The notes under the pieces were generated by a model, which was given only the letters and a program-made list of their open reading frames with translations, did no database searches and was not told the origin of the DNA. Positions 27,466 through 37,270 of a stretch of DNA of 64,000 nt are shown here, piece after piece (position 1 is the stretch's first letter; each line of letters opens with the position of its first letter). Origin of the DNA: Sandaracinaceae bacterium (GTDB taxonomy: Bacteria; Myxococcota_A; Polyangia; Polyangiales; Houyiibacteriaceae); assembly GCA_020633055.1 (NCBI GenBank), contig JACKEJ010000008.1, positions 697,822 through 761,821 on the forward strand, read 5' to 3'. The position numbers were made by a program, and so were the translations under genes.

Positions 27466-28517
27466 CAGAAAGACCCTTCCAGGCTGAATCCGCCGCCCTG
27501 CCGACCAAAGCGGGGCGTGAAGCGCAGGTTGACGGTGCTGTCGTCCGCGTCCGTGTCGTCCTCGCCGTCATCGCGGCCCGACAAGATCAAGAGGACGATG
27601 CCGGTCACGGCGACGGTACCGCCAGCGACGAGCAACCCCGTCCCGATGTTGGCGCGCGTCGCTGCTGTCTCGGCGTCCGCCTGGTCCGTGGCGGTGGCGC
27701 AGTAGACACCAGGCGGCAGGTCCGTCCGATCGGGCCGCTCGCGACAGTCGGCGCCATCCCACAGGTTCTTGGCGTTGATCCCGAGCCCGAGGCCCGCACC
27801 CAGCGTCGCCACGCCGATCGCGGCCGTCGCCCAGCCCGCGACACGCAGGCCGTTGACCGGCTCGGGAGGCGTGACGGGCACCACCGGCACCTGCGTCAGT
27901 GGACGTTCGGGCTCCTCGACCACCGGCGCCAGCTCGAGGGCGGGGACGCGCAGCTCCACGACGCTGCCTTCGCCCGTGGCCACCACGGAGCCCTCCCAAG
28001 GGATGTGGCCGGGGGCGCTCGCCTGCACGGGCCACTCACCCGCGTCGATGGGGATGGCGACGCTCCACATCACGTCGTCGAAGGGGCGACCACCGACGTT
28101 GACCACCATGCCGCGCACCGGGCGCTCGACGACGACCCGCACGCGGATGAGACGCGGCTCGAGCTCGGCCGCGCGCTGGCGTGCGAGCTGCTCACGCTCC
28201 GGCGACCCGCTGCGCCCCGCGAGGGCAGCTGCCTCCAGGAACGTGGCCCACGCGCTGGCGTGGCGACCGGCCTGCTCCCAGCACACGCCGAGGTTGAGCA
28301 GCGTGCCCACGGCGACGTCGAGGCGGTTGCTGGCTTCGAACTTGGGGCACGCCTCTTCGTAGTTGCCCTCCTCCATGAGGCGCCGCCCTTCACGGAAGAG
28401 CGCCTCGGCGGCAGCCTGAGACCCACTGGTCTGCGCGTCCGCGCGCTGCGGCGCGAACGACAGCGGTACGAGCAGCCCCAGGAGGGCGACCCCAAGAAAA
28501 AGGCGGGTGTTCGTCAT
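27465..28517 (-). CDS. Secreted TPR-like / PEGA-like protein with two C-terminal TM segments (paralog A)
   Basis: Signal peptide, a helical N-terminal region (EALFREGRRLMEEGNYEEA), a beta-rich PEGA-like segment, a Pro-rich linker, TM, Cys pair, TM, and a tail ending FSLEGSF. ATG at 28517. Confidence 0.65.
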   Translation of the reverse strand: MTNTRLFLGVALLGLLVPLSFAPQRADAQTSGSQAAAEALFREGRRLMEEGNYEEACPKFEASNRLDVAVGTLLNLGVCWEQAGRHASAWATFLEAAALAGRSGSPEREQLARQRAAELEPRLIRVRVVVERPVRGMVVNVGGRPFDDVMWSVAIPIDAGEWPVQASAPGHIPWEGSVVATGEGSVVELRVPALELAPVVEEPERPLTQVPVVPVTPPEPVNGLRVAGWATAAIGVATLGAGLGLGINAKNLWDGADCRERPDRTDLPPGVYCATATDQADAETAATRANIGTGLLVAGGTVAVTGIVLLILSGRDDGEDDTDADDSTVNLRFTPRFGRQGGGFSLEGSF

Positions 28518-28639
28518 GACGGCTGGACGATAGTAGTTCAGCGTGGATGTCGTGTCCAAATGTGCGGGGTGAGGCGGGCCATCACGAACCGCCCGAGACG
28601 CCATCGCGTGTGGCGCGCGATCCACACGCGCCGCGATGA

Positions 28640-29086
28640 TCAGCCGTCGGGCAGGAAGCGCGCGCGCTCGGCCGGAGAAGGGATCAGGCACAGCTCCTTC
28701 TTGCCGAAGAGCTTGTACCGGTTCTTGGCCACACGGTCGTACAGCCAGTTGCGCAAGAAGACCGGGATCACGCGCCCCACCGTCAGCAGCGGCCACGGGA
28801 AGCGCAGGTAGCGCACCGCCCGCAGGAACGCGCTCGACTGCGAGTAGGGCACGCCGCGCTCGACGAAGAGCATGGTGTCGATGTCGTCCGGGTCGAGCCC
28901 CGCGTAGCGCAGCAGCGCGCGCCCGGTCTCGGTCTGCACGGCCCCGATGCGCAGGTTGGCCTTGGGGTCGTTGCGCAGGATGAAGTGCACCCAGCCACTG
29001 CACACGACGCACTCGGCGTCGAACAGGATGACCAGGTCGTCGGGGCCGACGGCCTCGGGCAGCGCGCCATGGATGGGGCGCCTCAT
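28640..29086 (-). CDS. DCC-family thiol-disulfide oxidoreductase (DUF393)
   Basis: ILFDAECVVCSGWV (FDGxCxxC-type motif), with family-typical length and C-terminus. ATG at 29086. Confidence 0.75.
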   Translation of the reverse strand: MRRPIHGALPEAVGPDDLVILFDAECVVCSGWVHFILRNDPKANLRIGAVQTETGRALLRYAGLDPDDIDTMLFVERGVPYSQSSAFLRAVRYLRFPWPLLTVGRVIPVFLRNWLYDRVAKNRYKLFGKKELCLIPSPAERARFLPDG

Positions 29087-29139
29087 GGGGCACACCTCGC
29101 GCGCGTGTGGAGATGGAGCATGGCGGGGTCCTCGGCTGG

Positions 29140-30252
29140 CTAGAACGTGCCCTGCAAGTAGAGCGCATCTCCGGTCATACGCACGTTGAGCGCGACGGAG
29201 CGGTCGCGCCGCAGCCGGAGGGCCAGCTGGATGCCGGAGTAGAGGAACACGCCGCCCAGCACGAAGCCGCCCAGGGACGTGCCCATGGCGGCCCAGCGGC
29301 GACGGCTGATGCGCTCTTGATCCAGACACGGACAGGTGTTGTTCAGCACGTCGAGGCGGCTCAGCCACCACGGCAGCGCGGCCCCGCCGAGGGCGATCAG
29401 CGCGGCGCCCATGACGAGGTGAGAGCGCATGGTGCTGCGCCGCTCGTCCAGGTCGTCGGGCTCGTCGGGCACGGCCGCCCGCTCGGGTGAGACGTCGGGA
29501 GGCGAGGGCACGTCGTCCACCAAGGCCGACTGTGTCTCGTGGGGCTCGGGCTCGGGCTCGGGCTGCGGCTCGGGCTCGGGTTCAGGCTCGACCTGCGGCT
29601 CGGGCGAACGGATCACGGGGCTGACGGGGTCCTGGGTGGCGGTGGGCGCCTGGGCCTGCAACGGGTCGGGCGCAGGGACCTCGGGGCGCAGCGCGACCGT
29701 GACCTCTTGGGTGGCGCCCGCCTGCACGCGCAGCTCGGAGCTCTGCGCCACGTAGCCGGGCGCGCTCACCTCGAGGTCGTGGCGGCCGAGCGACAACGTG
29801 AGCGAGCCGTCGGGGTCGGGCTGCACGTCCAGCTCGTCGACGCGCAGTTGCACGTCCTGCACCCCGGGCACCACGACGCGCACGGAACCGACGAAGCGCA
29901 GGGCCGCCTCGAGGGCGCGCTGCGCGTCCGCCCGGCGCGCCGCCGAGAGAGGCCGCTGCTGCTCCGCGAGCGAGCGCCGGAAGTAGCGGACCGCGATGGC
30001 GTAGTCGCGCAGCTCGTAGCTCGCCGCACCCAGGAGGCGCAGCGACTCGCCGGAAGGCCGCGCGTTGTAGAGACGCTGGAGCAGCACGCGCGCCTCCTCC
30101 CAGTGCCCGGCCTCGAACTCGGCCAGGGCTTCGCGGGTCAGCGCCGAGGTGTCGACCTGCTGGGCGTGCACGGCGTGCTGGGCGTGGACGACGCCGAGCG
30201 TGACGAGCAGGACGACGAGCAGCGCGCGGAGGTGGTGACGAGGGACGGTCAT
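29140..30252 (-). CDS. Secreted TPR-like / PEGA-like protein with two C-terminal TM segments (paralog B)
   Basis: Same architecture as 27465..28517: signal peptide, helical region, LEVSAPGY PEGA-like segment, (EP)n linker, TM, CPC, TM, and a tail ending LYLQGTF. Confidence 0.65.
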   Translation of the reverse strand: MTVPRHHLRALLVVLLVTLGVVHAQHAVHAQQVDTSALTREALAEFEAGHWEEARVLLQRLYNARPSGESLRLLGAASYELRDYAIAVRYFRRSLAEQQRPLSAARRADAQRALEAALRFVGSVRVVVPGVQDVQLRVDELDVQPDPDGSLTLSLGRHDLEVSAPGYVAQSSELRVQAGATQEVTVALRPEVPAPDPLQAQAPTATQDPVSPVIRSPEPQVEPEPEPEPQPEPEPEPHETQSALVDDVPSPPDVSPERAAVPDEPDDLDERRSTMRSHLVMGAALIALGGAALPWWLSRLDVLNNTCPCLDQERISRRRWAAMGTSLGGFVLGGVFLYSGIQLALRLRRDRSVALNVRMTGDALYLQGTF

Positions 30253-30254
30253 GC

Positions 30255-31352
30255 TCAGAGCTCCTGGACGATCCACAGCTGGTCCTCGTCGCCGACGTCG
30301 CGGGGGGCCGTGCGAACATCGCTGCTGGCCGTGACATACGAGAGCACCTGCTCCCCGAGGGGCGACGAGGCCGAGCTGCTGGTGTCCTGCACGAACAGGG
30401 AGAAGATGCGCACCACCTTGCTGTTCGGCGTGGGGCAGACCGCGAAGCCGAGCCCGCTGCACGTCCCCACCTCCTCGAAGCGGATGGCCTGCCCGGTGAA
30501 GACGTTGTTGGGGACGGTGTTGCGTGGGTTCACAACGCTCGTGGCGTCGCCGTTGTCAGTCTCGAGCGCGTGCGTGGCCGTGATGCCCTCACTGGAGAGG
30601 AGGGCGTACATGATGGGAGGGTCGCGCAGGTCGGCGTCTTCGAGGACCCACACGGCGCGCGGGTGCGCTCCCTCGATGGTGGCGAAGTCGTCCGCGTTGG
30701 CGAGGACCAGGCTGGCGGGCACCGTGGTGCTCTCGGGCTCCAGCACCTGCAGCGCCGTCTCCCCGCGGCCCGCGTTGTAGAAGACCACGCGCGCTCCGTC
30801 CGCGAGCCCCGCGCCCGCGTTGCGCCGGTTGGGTGGCGGGCGGTTGGGGTCGTCGATCTCGAGCTCGACGGCGGTGAAGGTCTCGAGCACCGTGCGCTCG
30901 ATGCCGAAGGCCTCGACCCGCGGCGTTCCGAGGGTGAAGCGGCGCGCGCGGCTGTCGAGCACGGGGTTGTCGATCGCGAAGCCCGTGATGTTCTGACACA
31001 CAGGGGAACTCTCCGCGGACGTGAAGTCAGGGTCGATGGAGAACACGACGTTGCCGTACTTGGAGGTGTCGACGACGGCCCACAGCAGCCCGATCTCGGG
31101 CGTGCCGCCATCACCGCATTCGGGGTGAAGCTGCAGGAGCGCCTCCACGACGCCTCCACCCGACGTGACCGCGCGCCCTTGAAACGTGTAGTCCCCTTGC
31201 TCGATCGGCGCGTCGAGCGCCGTGAACACGATGGTCGTCCCATCGCTCTGCATCCACGTGCCAGGCAGGGCATCTACGAGGGCGATGTCGTCGGTGCACC
31301 CCAGGAGGGACACCGCAGCCACCACACTCATCCAACAGCGAAGGAACTTCAT
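30255..31352 (-). CDS. Hypothetical lipoprotein
   Basis: Signal peptide with lipobox SLLGC. Its stop lies 2 nt upstream of the paralog B start. Confidence 0.6.
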   Translation of the reverse strand: MKFLRCWMSVVAAVSLLGCTDDIALVDALPGTWMQSDGTTIVFTALDAPIEQGDYTFQGRAVTSGGGVVEALLQLHPECGDGGTPEIGLLWAVVDTSKYGNVVFSIDPDFTSAESSPVCQNITGFAIDNPVLDSRARRFTLGTPRVEAFGIERTVLETFTAVELEIDDPNRPPPNRRNAGAGLADGARVVFYNAGRGETALQVLEPESTTVPASLVLANADDFATIEGAHPRAVWVLEDADLRDPPIMYALLSSEGITATHALETDNGDATSVVNPRNTVPNNVFTGQAIRFEEVGTCSGLGFAVCPTPNSKVVRIFSLFVQDTSSSASSPLGEQVLSYVTASSDVRTAPRDVGDEDQLWIVQEL

Positions 31353-31459
31353 CGTCAGCTCCGATCACGGGTCTCCACCTGGCACCCGAAACGGGACCAC
31401 ACACAGCCTCCCCACAGGACATGCGGGCGGCTGAGCGAGACTGTGCCACAGCGATCGGC

Positions 31460-32920
31460 TCAGAGGCTATCGACGTCCACGGTCGTCTGCAGGCGGCCGA
31501 CCATGGTGGACGGTGGGGGCGGGGCCATGGGCGTCACGACGGGGGTGGGCTCCGTCATGGCGGTCGGCGCGGTCTCGGTGGACGCGCTGCTGGTGTGGGT
31601 CGTCCGGTCGGCGCGCGTGCGGTGGGTGGGACGCTCCGCGGTCGTGGGGGCAGACGTGGGTTCGACGGCGGGTGCTGCCGGGGCGGCGGGCTGCGCAGCG
31701 ACCTCGGTGGGCGCGACTACTGGCGCCGCGGCTTCGGCCGTGGGCGTGGGCGTCGCGGGCACGGGGGACGCCTGCGGCGTGGGGGGCGCGGCGACGGCCG
31801 CTGGTGTGGCGGACGCCGCGGGGTCTGGCGCGGGTGTGGCGACGGACGGCTGCGACGCGAACCACGCGATGGCCCCCGCCGCCACCAGCACGCCCAACAC
31901 ACCGATGGCGAAGAACGCCAGCAGGGGCGAGCGCTGGGGCAGGACCACGGCGGCGGACACGCCCGGGTCTGAGAGGATGCGCTGCGTGGACGGGTCCTGG
32001 CGCATCTCGACCGTGTGCGCGAAGTCGACGGCGCCGCTGTCCTGGCTCGCGAGGGCCTGGAAGAACTGGTCGGCGGTCGCGAAGCGATCGGCCCCGCGCT
32101 TGGCCATGGCGCGATGCACGGCCTGCACCGCGGCGAGGGGCAGCCCTGGGACCAGGCTGGCGAGAGGCTCGGGCTCCTCGGTGGCGACCTTGACGATGAT
32201 GGACGCGGCCGTCTCCCCCTCGAAGGGCAGCTTCCCCGAGAGGGCCTCGTAGGCGATGACGCCCAACGAGTAGATGTCCGCCTCGACGCCCACGTCCGCG
32301 GCCGAGTGAATCTGCTCGGGGGACATGTAGTAGGGCGTGCCCATCGCGACGTTGGTGCCCGTCAGCCGCGCGTGGCTCTCGCCGGGCGCGAGCGCCTTCG
32401 AGACGCCGAAGTCCACCAGCTTGGGCACGATGTCGCCCTGCCGGTTGCGGGCCTCGGCGAGGAAGATGTTCTCCGGCTTGAGGTCACGATGCACCACGCC
32501 CGCGGCGTGCGCCGCGCTGAGCCCGGCGCACACGCCGCGCAGGATGCTCACCAGCTCGGGCAGCATCATGCGCCCTTCCTCGAGGCGGTCGGCGAGCGAG
32601 CGGCCGCGCAGAAACTCCATCACCAGGTAGAAGCCGTTCTCCTGGTGGCCCACGTCGTAGATGTCCACGACGTTCTCGTGGTCGACCGCCGCCGCGAGCT
32701 TGGCCTCTCGGACGAAGCGGGCCACGGCCTGCGCGTTCTGCGCGAAGGTGGGCAGCATCCACTTGATGGCCACCTGCCGCCCCGTGACCTCGTGCTTGGC
32801 CTCGTACACGGCACCCATCCCGCCACGCCCGATCTCGCGCTGCACCAGGTAGCGCTGTGCGATGCGGTCGCCAGGCTGCGGCAGCTGGGGCGGAGCGGGG
32901 TTCGGGTACCAGGCTTCCAT
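31460..32920 (-). CDS. Hanks-type Ser/Thr protein kinase with a TM segment and a Pro/Ala/Thr-rich extracytoplasmic tail
   Basis: GRGGMGAVY, VAIKWM, HRDLKPENIF, DFGVSK and SPEQ motifs, with the TM helix LLAFFAIGVLGVLVAAGAIAWF. Confidence 0.9.
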   Translation of the reverse strand: MEAWYPNPAPPQLPQPGDRIAQRYLVQREIGRGGMGAVYEAKHEVTGRQVAIKWMLPTFAQNAQAVARFVREAKLAAAVDHENVVDIYDVGHQENGFYLVMEFLRGRSLADRLEEGRMMLPELVSILRGVCAGLSAAHAAGVVHRDLKPENIFLAEARNRQGDIVPKLVDFGVSKALAPGESHARLTGTNVAMGTPYYMSPEQIHSAADVGVEADIYSLGVIAYEALSGKLPFEGETAASIIVKVATEEPEPLASLVPGLPLAAVQAVHRAMAKRGADRFATADQFFQALASQDSGAVDFAHTVEMRQDPSTQRILSDPGVSAAVVLPQRSPLLAFFAIGVLGVLVAAGAIAWFASQPSVATPAPDPAASATPAAVAAPPTPQASPVPATPTPTAEAAAPVVAPTEVAAQPAAPAAPAVEPTSAPTTAERPTHRTRADRTTHTSSASTETAPTAMTEPTPVVTPMAPPPPSTMVGRLQTTVDVDSL

Positions 32921-33057
32921 GTGGACGGCGAAAACACACTAACACAGTCAGACCGGGCGTGGATCGACGCCCGAAACGGGGGCGCTCGGGCCGCCGAGGA
33001 CACCAGCTCCGATCTTCGGCCTTGATTGTGCCGTTCTATTGTGCCATTCATTGGCTC

Positions 33058-33834
33058 GTGACCGAGACCAGCCCCGACCGCTCCCCGAGCGCCATCGAAC
33101 ACAGCCTGACGCTGGACATCCTGCGCGGGCGCTACGCCGCCGGCAGCCGCCTGCCGACGGTGCGCGAGCTGGCCGAGCAGCACGGCGTGAACCCGACCAC
33201 CATCCAGCGCGCCGTCTCGCGGCTGGAGACACGCGGTCTGGTGACCGCCCGGCAGGGCAGCGGGCTGCGCGTGAACGACCCGGCCGAGTGCGGGGACATC
33301 TCGCTCGTGCCGCAGTGGCTGGAGGTGACGCTGGACCAGCCCACGCGAGCGGCGGGCATCCTCGCGGACCTGCTCGAGATGAGGCGGGCGCTCGCGGGTC
33401 GGCTCCTGCTGCGTCACCGCGTCGCCATCCTCGCGCGCCTCCCCGCCCTGCAGCAGGCCGCGCAGCGCGTGCGGCGCGCGCAGGGTGACCCGGACGCCGT
33501 GCGCGACGCGGACCTCGCGTTCTCCCGCGAGCTGCTGCGCGCGGCCGGCAACGTGGTCGCGCTGAGCGTGTTCAACACCGTCGCGCGCGTGCTGGTCGAG
33601 CTGCCCCTGGTGAGCGCCGCGATGTACGCGGCCCCCGAAGAGAACGTGGCGTCCATGGCGCAGGTGCTCGGGGCGCTCGCGGGTGGAGGCGAGGACGCGG
33701 GCGCGGTGATCGAGGGCGCCATCGCCGCCATCGACGCGCGCACCGTGGCCCGCTTCGAGGCGTCGCTGCAGGCGCGCCGCGGCGAGGCCGGGCCCGCGGC
33801 CGCTCAGGGCCTATCCGTAGGGGTGCGCGCGTGA
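33058..33834 (+). CDS. GntR family (FadR-like) transcriptional regulator
   Basis: Winged-helix motif LPTVRELAEQHGVNPTTIQRAVSRLETRGLVTARQGSGLRV followed by a helical C-terminal domain. GTG at 33058 is proposed; start uncertain. Confidence 0.8.
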   Translation: MTETSPDRSPSAIEHSLTLDILRGRYAAGSRLPTVRELAEQHGVNPTTIQRAVSRLETRGLVTARQGSGLRVNDPAECGDISLVPQWLEVTLDQPTRAAGILADLLEMRRALAGRLLLRHRVAILARLPALQQAAQRVRRAQGDPDAVRDADLAFSRELLRAAGNVVALSVFNTVARVLVELPLVSAAMYAAPEENVASMAQVLGALAGGGEDAGAVIEGAIAAIDARTVARFEASLQARRGEAGPAAAQGLSVGVRA

Positions 33835-34370
33835 CGGGCCGGGACACGGTGGCACGGCGCACGCCAGGACCCGGCGCGGCCTCACGGGACACGGGGGCAC
33901 GGGGTCTCGCCCAACGCCACGCTCGCGCGCGCGACGCGCTGATGGGCGCGCTGCTCCCGGCACCGGGGCGGGGGCTGCCCGCCTTGAGCGAGCTCGACCT
34001 GAGCGCGTTCTGGCCGGCGTTCGACGCGGCCGCGCCCGCGCACCTGCGCCTGGGGCTACGCACGGCGTGCCTGGTGTTGGGGAGCGCGCCGCGGCTGATG
34101 GGCTTCGGCCGGTCGCTATCCGCGCTGAGCGACGACGAGCGCGAGCGCTTCATCGTGCGCGCCGCCGAGACCCCGGGCCTGGCCCAGCTGGTCGAGGTCG
34201 CCAAGGTGGTCGCGGCCATGGCGTACTTCAGCGACGCCCACGTGCAGGACGTGGCGCGCGCCCGTGGGCGCGACGAGGCCGGGGCAGACGCACCGCGCGC
34301 GCAAGACGCGCCGCAAGAACGAGACGCATCGCGCGAGCAAGACGCAGCGCGAGACCAGGAGGAGCCGTGA
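33831..34370 (+). CDS. Small accessory protein translationally coupled to the GMC oxidoreductase
   Basis: GTGA overlaps on both sides (33831-33834 and 34367-34370). It possibly resembles small subunits found beside membrane-associated GMC or gluconate dehydrogenases, but this is a weak call. Confidence 0.45.
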   Translation: MTGRDTVARRTPGPGAASRDTGARGLAQRHARARDALMGALLPAPGRGLPALSELDLSAFWPAFDAAAPAHLRLGLRTACLVLGSAPRLMGFGRSLSALSDDERERFIVRAAETPGLAQLVEVAKVVAAMAYFSDAHVQDVARARGRDEAGADAPRAQDAPQERDASREQDAARDQEEP

Positions 34371-35881
34371 GCCCACCCAGCCCGAGCGCCGCGCGCCTGG
34401 ACGGTCGCGCCCTGCACCGCGCACACACGCTGCGCACCGACGTGGTGGTCGTGGGCAGCGGGCCCGCCGGGGCGGCCGTGGCGCGCGAGCTGGCGCGGGC
34501 CGGGGTACGCGTGGTGGTCGTCGAGGCCGGCCGCTGGTTCGCGCCCGAGGAGTTCGTGCGGCCCGCGTTCCAGAGCATGGCCGCGCAGTACCGCGACATG
34601 GGCGCCTCCGTCGTGGTCGGCCCGGCGCCCATGCCGTTCGTGCAGGGCAAGATGGTGGGCGGCAGCTCGCCCATCAACGGCGCCATCTGCTGGCGCACCC
34701 CGCGCGACGTGTACGACGAGTGGGTCACCGCCGACCCACGCCTGGCCGACGCGCTGCCCTGGACGGAGCTCGACGCCACCACCGATGTGCTGGAGGCGCG
34801 CCTGAACGTGCGCCCGACCGACCCAGCCGTCGCCGGCGCCAAGAACCTGTTGCTGGCGCGCGGCGCGGAGGCGCTGGGCCTCGAGCACCGGCCCATCCGC
34901 CGCAACGTGCAGGGCTGTGAGGGCCTCGGCCGCTGCATGCAGGGGTGCCCCAACGCGCGCAAGCTCAGCGTGGACGCGACGCTGCTGGCCGACGCGCAGG
35001 CGGGCGGTGCCGAGGTGCTCAGCTCGTGCGAGGTGACCCGCATCCTGACGACGCGCGGGCGCGCCACCGGCGTGCTGGCCGAGAGCGCGGGCGGCGCCGA
35101 GGTGCGCGTGCTGGCCGAGCGCGCCGTGGTGCTGGCGGCGAGCGCGGTGCAGACGCCCGGCCTGCTGCTGGCCAACCGCATCACCCACGGCCCCGTCGGG
35201 CGCCACTTTCAGTGCCACCCCGGCGTGAGCATGGCGGGGCGCTTCCCCGAGCCCGTGCGCATGTGGGAGGGCGCGACGCAGGGGCACGAGGTGATCGGCC
35301 TGCGTCATGAAGGGCTCAAGTTCGAGGCGCTGGGCTTCGACCTGGGCGTGATGGCCGGGCGCCTGGACGGCGTGGGGCGCGCGCTCGCACGCGAGGTGGA
35401 CGACATCGCGCACCAGCTGGACTGGGGCGCCGCCGTGCGCGCCGAAGCGGAGGGGCGCGTCCGTTTGCTGCGCGGCAACCCACGCGTGTTCTACACGCCG
35501 ACGAAGCGCGACGTGGCCAAGTTCCGGCGCGGGCTGCGCGTGATGGGCGAGATGATGCTCGCGGCGGGCGCGGATCACGTCTCGCTCGGCGTGCGCGGCT
35601 TCCTCCCCCGCACCTCGCGCCTGGCCGACCTGGTGGCGCTCGAGCAGGACGGACCGACGCGCGCCTCCGCGTACACCAGCGCCATCACCCACATGTTCGG
35701 CACCTGCCGCATGGGCAGCGACCCCGCGCGCAGCGTGGTGCGCACCGACTTCCGCCACCACACCGTCGACCGGCTGTACGTGGCCGACTCCAGCGTGTTC
35801 CCCAGCAGCCTGGGCGTGAACCCGCAGATCCCCATCATGGCCGTGGCCACCCTGGCCGCGCGCCGCGTGCTGAACCCCTGA
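34367..35881 (+). CDS. GMC family FAD-dependent oxidoreductase
   Basis: Rossmann motif VVVVGSGPAGAAVARELA and the C-terminal GMC signature region DSSVFPSSLGVNPQIPIMA. Confidence 0.85.
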   Translation: MSPPSPSAARLDGRALHRAHTLRTDVVVVGSGPAGAAVARELARAGVRVVVVEAGRWFAPEEFVRPAFQSMAAQYRDMGASVVVGPAPMPFVQGKMVGGSSPINGAICWRTPRDVYDEWVTADPRLADALPWTELDATTDVLEARLNVRPTDPAVAGAKNLLLARGAEALGLEHRPIRRNVQGCEGLGRCMQGCPNARKLSVDATLLADAQAGGAEVLSSCEVTRILTTRGRATGVLAESAGGAEVRVLAERAVVLAASAVQTPGLLLANRITHGPVGRHFQCHPGVSMAGRFPEPVRMWEGATQGHEVIGLRHEGLKFEALGFDLGVMAGRLDGVGRALAREVDDIAHQLDWGAAVRAEAEGRVRLLRGNPRVFYTPTKRDVAKFRRGLRVMGEMMLAAGADHVSLGVRGFLPRTSRLADLVALEQDGPTRASAYTSAITHMFGTCRMGSDPARSVVRTDFRHHTVDRLYVADSSVFPSSLGVNPQIPIMAVATLAARRVLNP

Positions 35882-35904
35882 CCCCGACCGACCCCGAGAC
35901 CACC

Positions 35905-36483
35905 ATGACCATCACGCTCGACGACCTCCTCCGCATGAAGGGCCCGGACCTCTACCGGGTCGTGCAGCAGGGCCACGCGCTCGACACCGACGCGCTGGCC
36001 GACACCACGTACACGGGCATCGACCTGTCCATGCCCGACCTGTTCCACAAGCTGATGTGGAAGAGCTTTCGCAAGACCTTCCACCGCGACCCCGAGACCG
36101 GCGCCTTGCGCGGCTGGAACGTGAAGGTCGAGCAGACCGGCTGGGACACGCCCCCTGCGCCCAAGCGCGACAAGCACGGGCGCCCGCTGAGCTTCGGCCA
36201 CTACGAGGTGCGCAGCGCCACGGGCTTGCACTTCCCGCGCGGCTGGCGCGGCGGGCACTACCTGGACTACGGCGTGGCCGGCAACCTTCCGTCGGACTTC
36301 CCGGCCAGAGCGGGCTACTGCCCGCTGGTGAGCGTGAACGCGGGCAGCAGCGAGCTCTTGCTGGGCTGGGAGATCTTCAAGGTGGGCCCCGTGTTCGTGC
36401 CCATCTCGGACTTCTGGGTGTTGAAGCGCGAGGGCGCGCTGCGGCCGGAGGACGTGGTCCCGCGCCCCGTGCCCCTGCGCTGA
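35905..36483 (+). CDS. Hypothetical protein (last gene of the GntR-GMC string)
   Basis: 192-aa ORF beginning 24 nt after the GMC gene. No recognised motif. Confidence 0.5.
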   Translation: MTITLDDLLRMKGPDLYRVVQQGHALDTDALADTTYTGIDLSMPDLFHKLMWKSFRKTFHRDPETGALRGWNVKVEQTGWDTPPAPKRDKHGRPLSFGHYEVRSATGLHFPRGWRGGHYLDYGVAGNLPSDFPARAGYCPLVSVNAGSSELLLGWEIFKVGPVFVPISDFWVLKREGALRPEDVVPRPVPLR

Positions 36484-36535
36484 GCCCTGGCGCCGAGCGC
36501 ACCGCGGGTCGCGTGACGAGCCTGCCGCAGGCTCG

Positions 36536-37171
36536 TCAGTCGCAGCGCTCCGGGAGCGAACAGGACGCCTCGCGCGTGGCGCGGGTGGCCCCCTTGGGCA
36601 TGAGCCAGGCGACGGTCGCGCTCATCGGCATGGGCATGGGGTCGTTCGGGCACGGCGGCCGGAAGCGGCTCAGGTAGGTCAGCGTCTGCTCGTCGTCGTA
36701 CACGGCGATGCCCGCGCTGGCAGGCGACATGGTGTAAGCGAGCAGGTAGACGTCGTGGGTGCTCGGGTCGATGCCGAGGGCGCTCAGGTCGCGCTCGGGG
36801 CAGGAAAGCAGCGCGAGGATGTCCTCCTCCGTGCCGAGCACGCGCGGCGCGCTGGCCGTACCCCCGCCCTGGAACGAGCACCCGACGGGCAGCACGAGGG
36901 CAGGGCGTGACGTGGCACCCTCGAGGCCATCCACGGTGCATGTCGACGGTGCGACGGCGCCGCTGCTCGTCGTGGCGCCATGGGCCCCCTCCCCGCTGCC
37001 GTGGCACCCGGCCATCAGCATCACGGCGCTCGCCAGCGCGCTCGTCCACCCGTCCACCGAGCGGCCCGCGCGGCCCGCCGACGAGGCCCCTCTGATCGAA
37101 CACGGCGCGGCTCCCCCGACGCGGACGGAACCCTCACGAGCGAAAGCGGACGAGCGACGGGTCGAAGCCAT
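36536..37171 (-). CDS. Hypothetical lipoprotein
   Basis: Lipobox LMAGC after a long basic N-region. Start choice (ATG 37171) is uncertain. Confidence 0.5.
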   Translation of the reverse strand: MASTRRSSAFAREGSVRVGGAAPCSIRGASSAGRAGRSVDGWTSALASAVMLMAGCHGSGEGAHGATTSSGAVAPSTCTVDGLEGATSRPALVLPVGCSFQGGGTASAPRVLGTEEDILALLSCPERDLSALGIDPSTHDVYLLAYTMSPASAGIAVYDDEQTLTYLSRFRPPCPNDPMPMPMSATVAWLMPKGATRATREASCSLPERCD

Positions 37172-37270
37172 CCTCGTAGTCTCGCGCAAGCGCCCTGCGA
37201 ACTCCACCCCGACGACGCGTCGGGTTCACGGTCGTGGACCTGCTCGATCCTGGGAGTCCGCGACAGGCTG

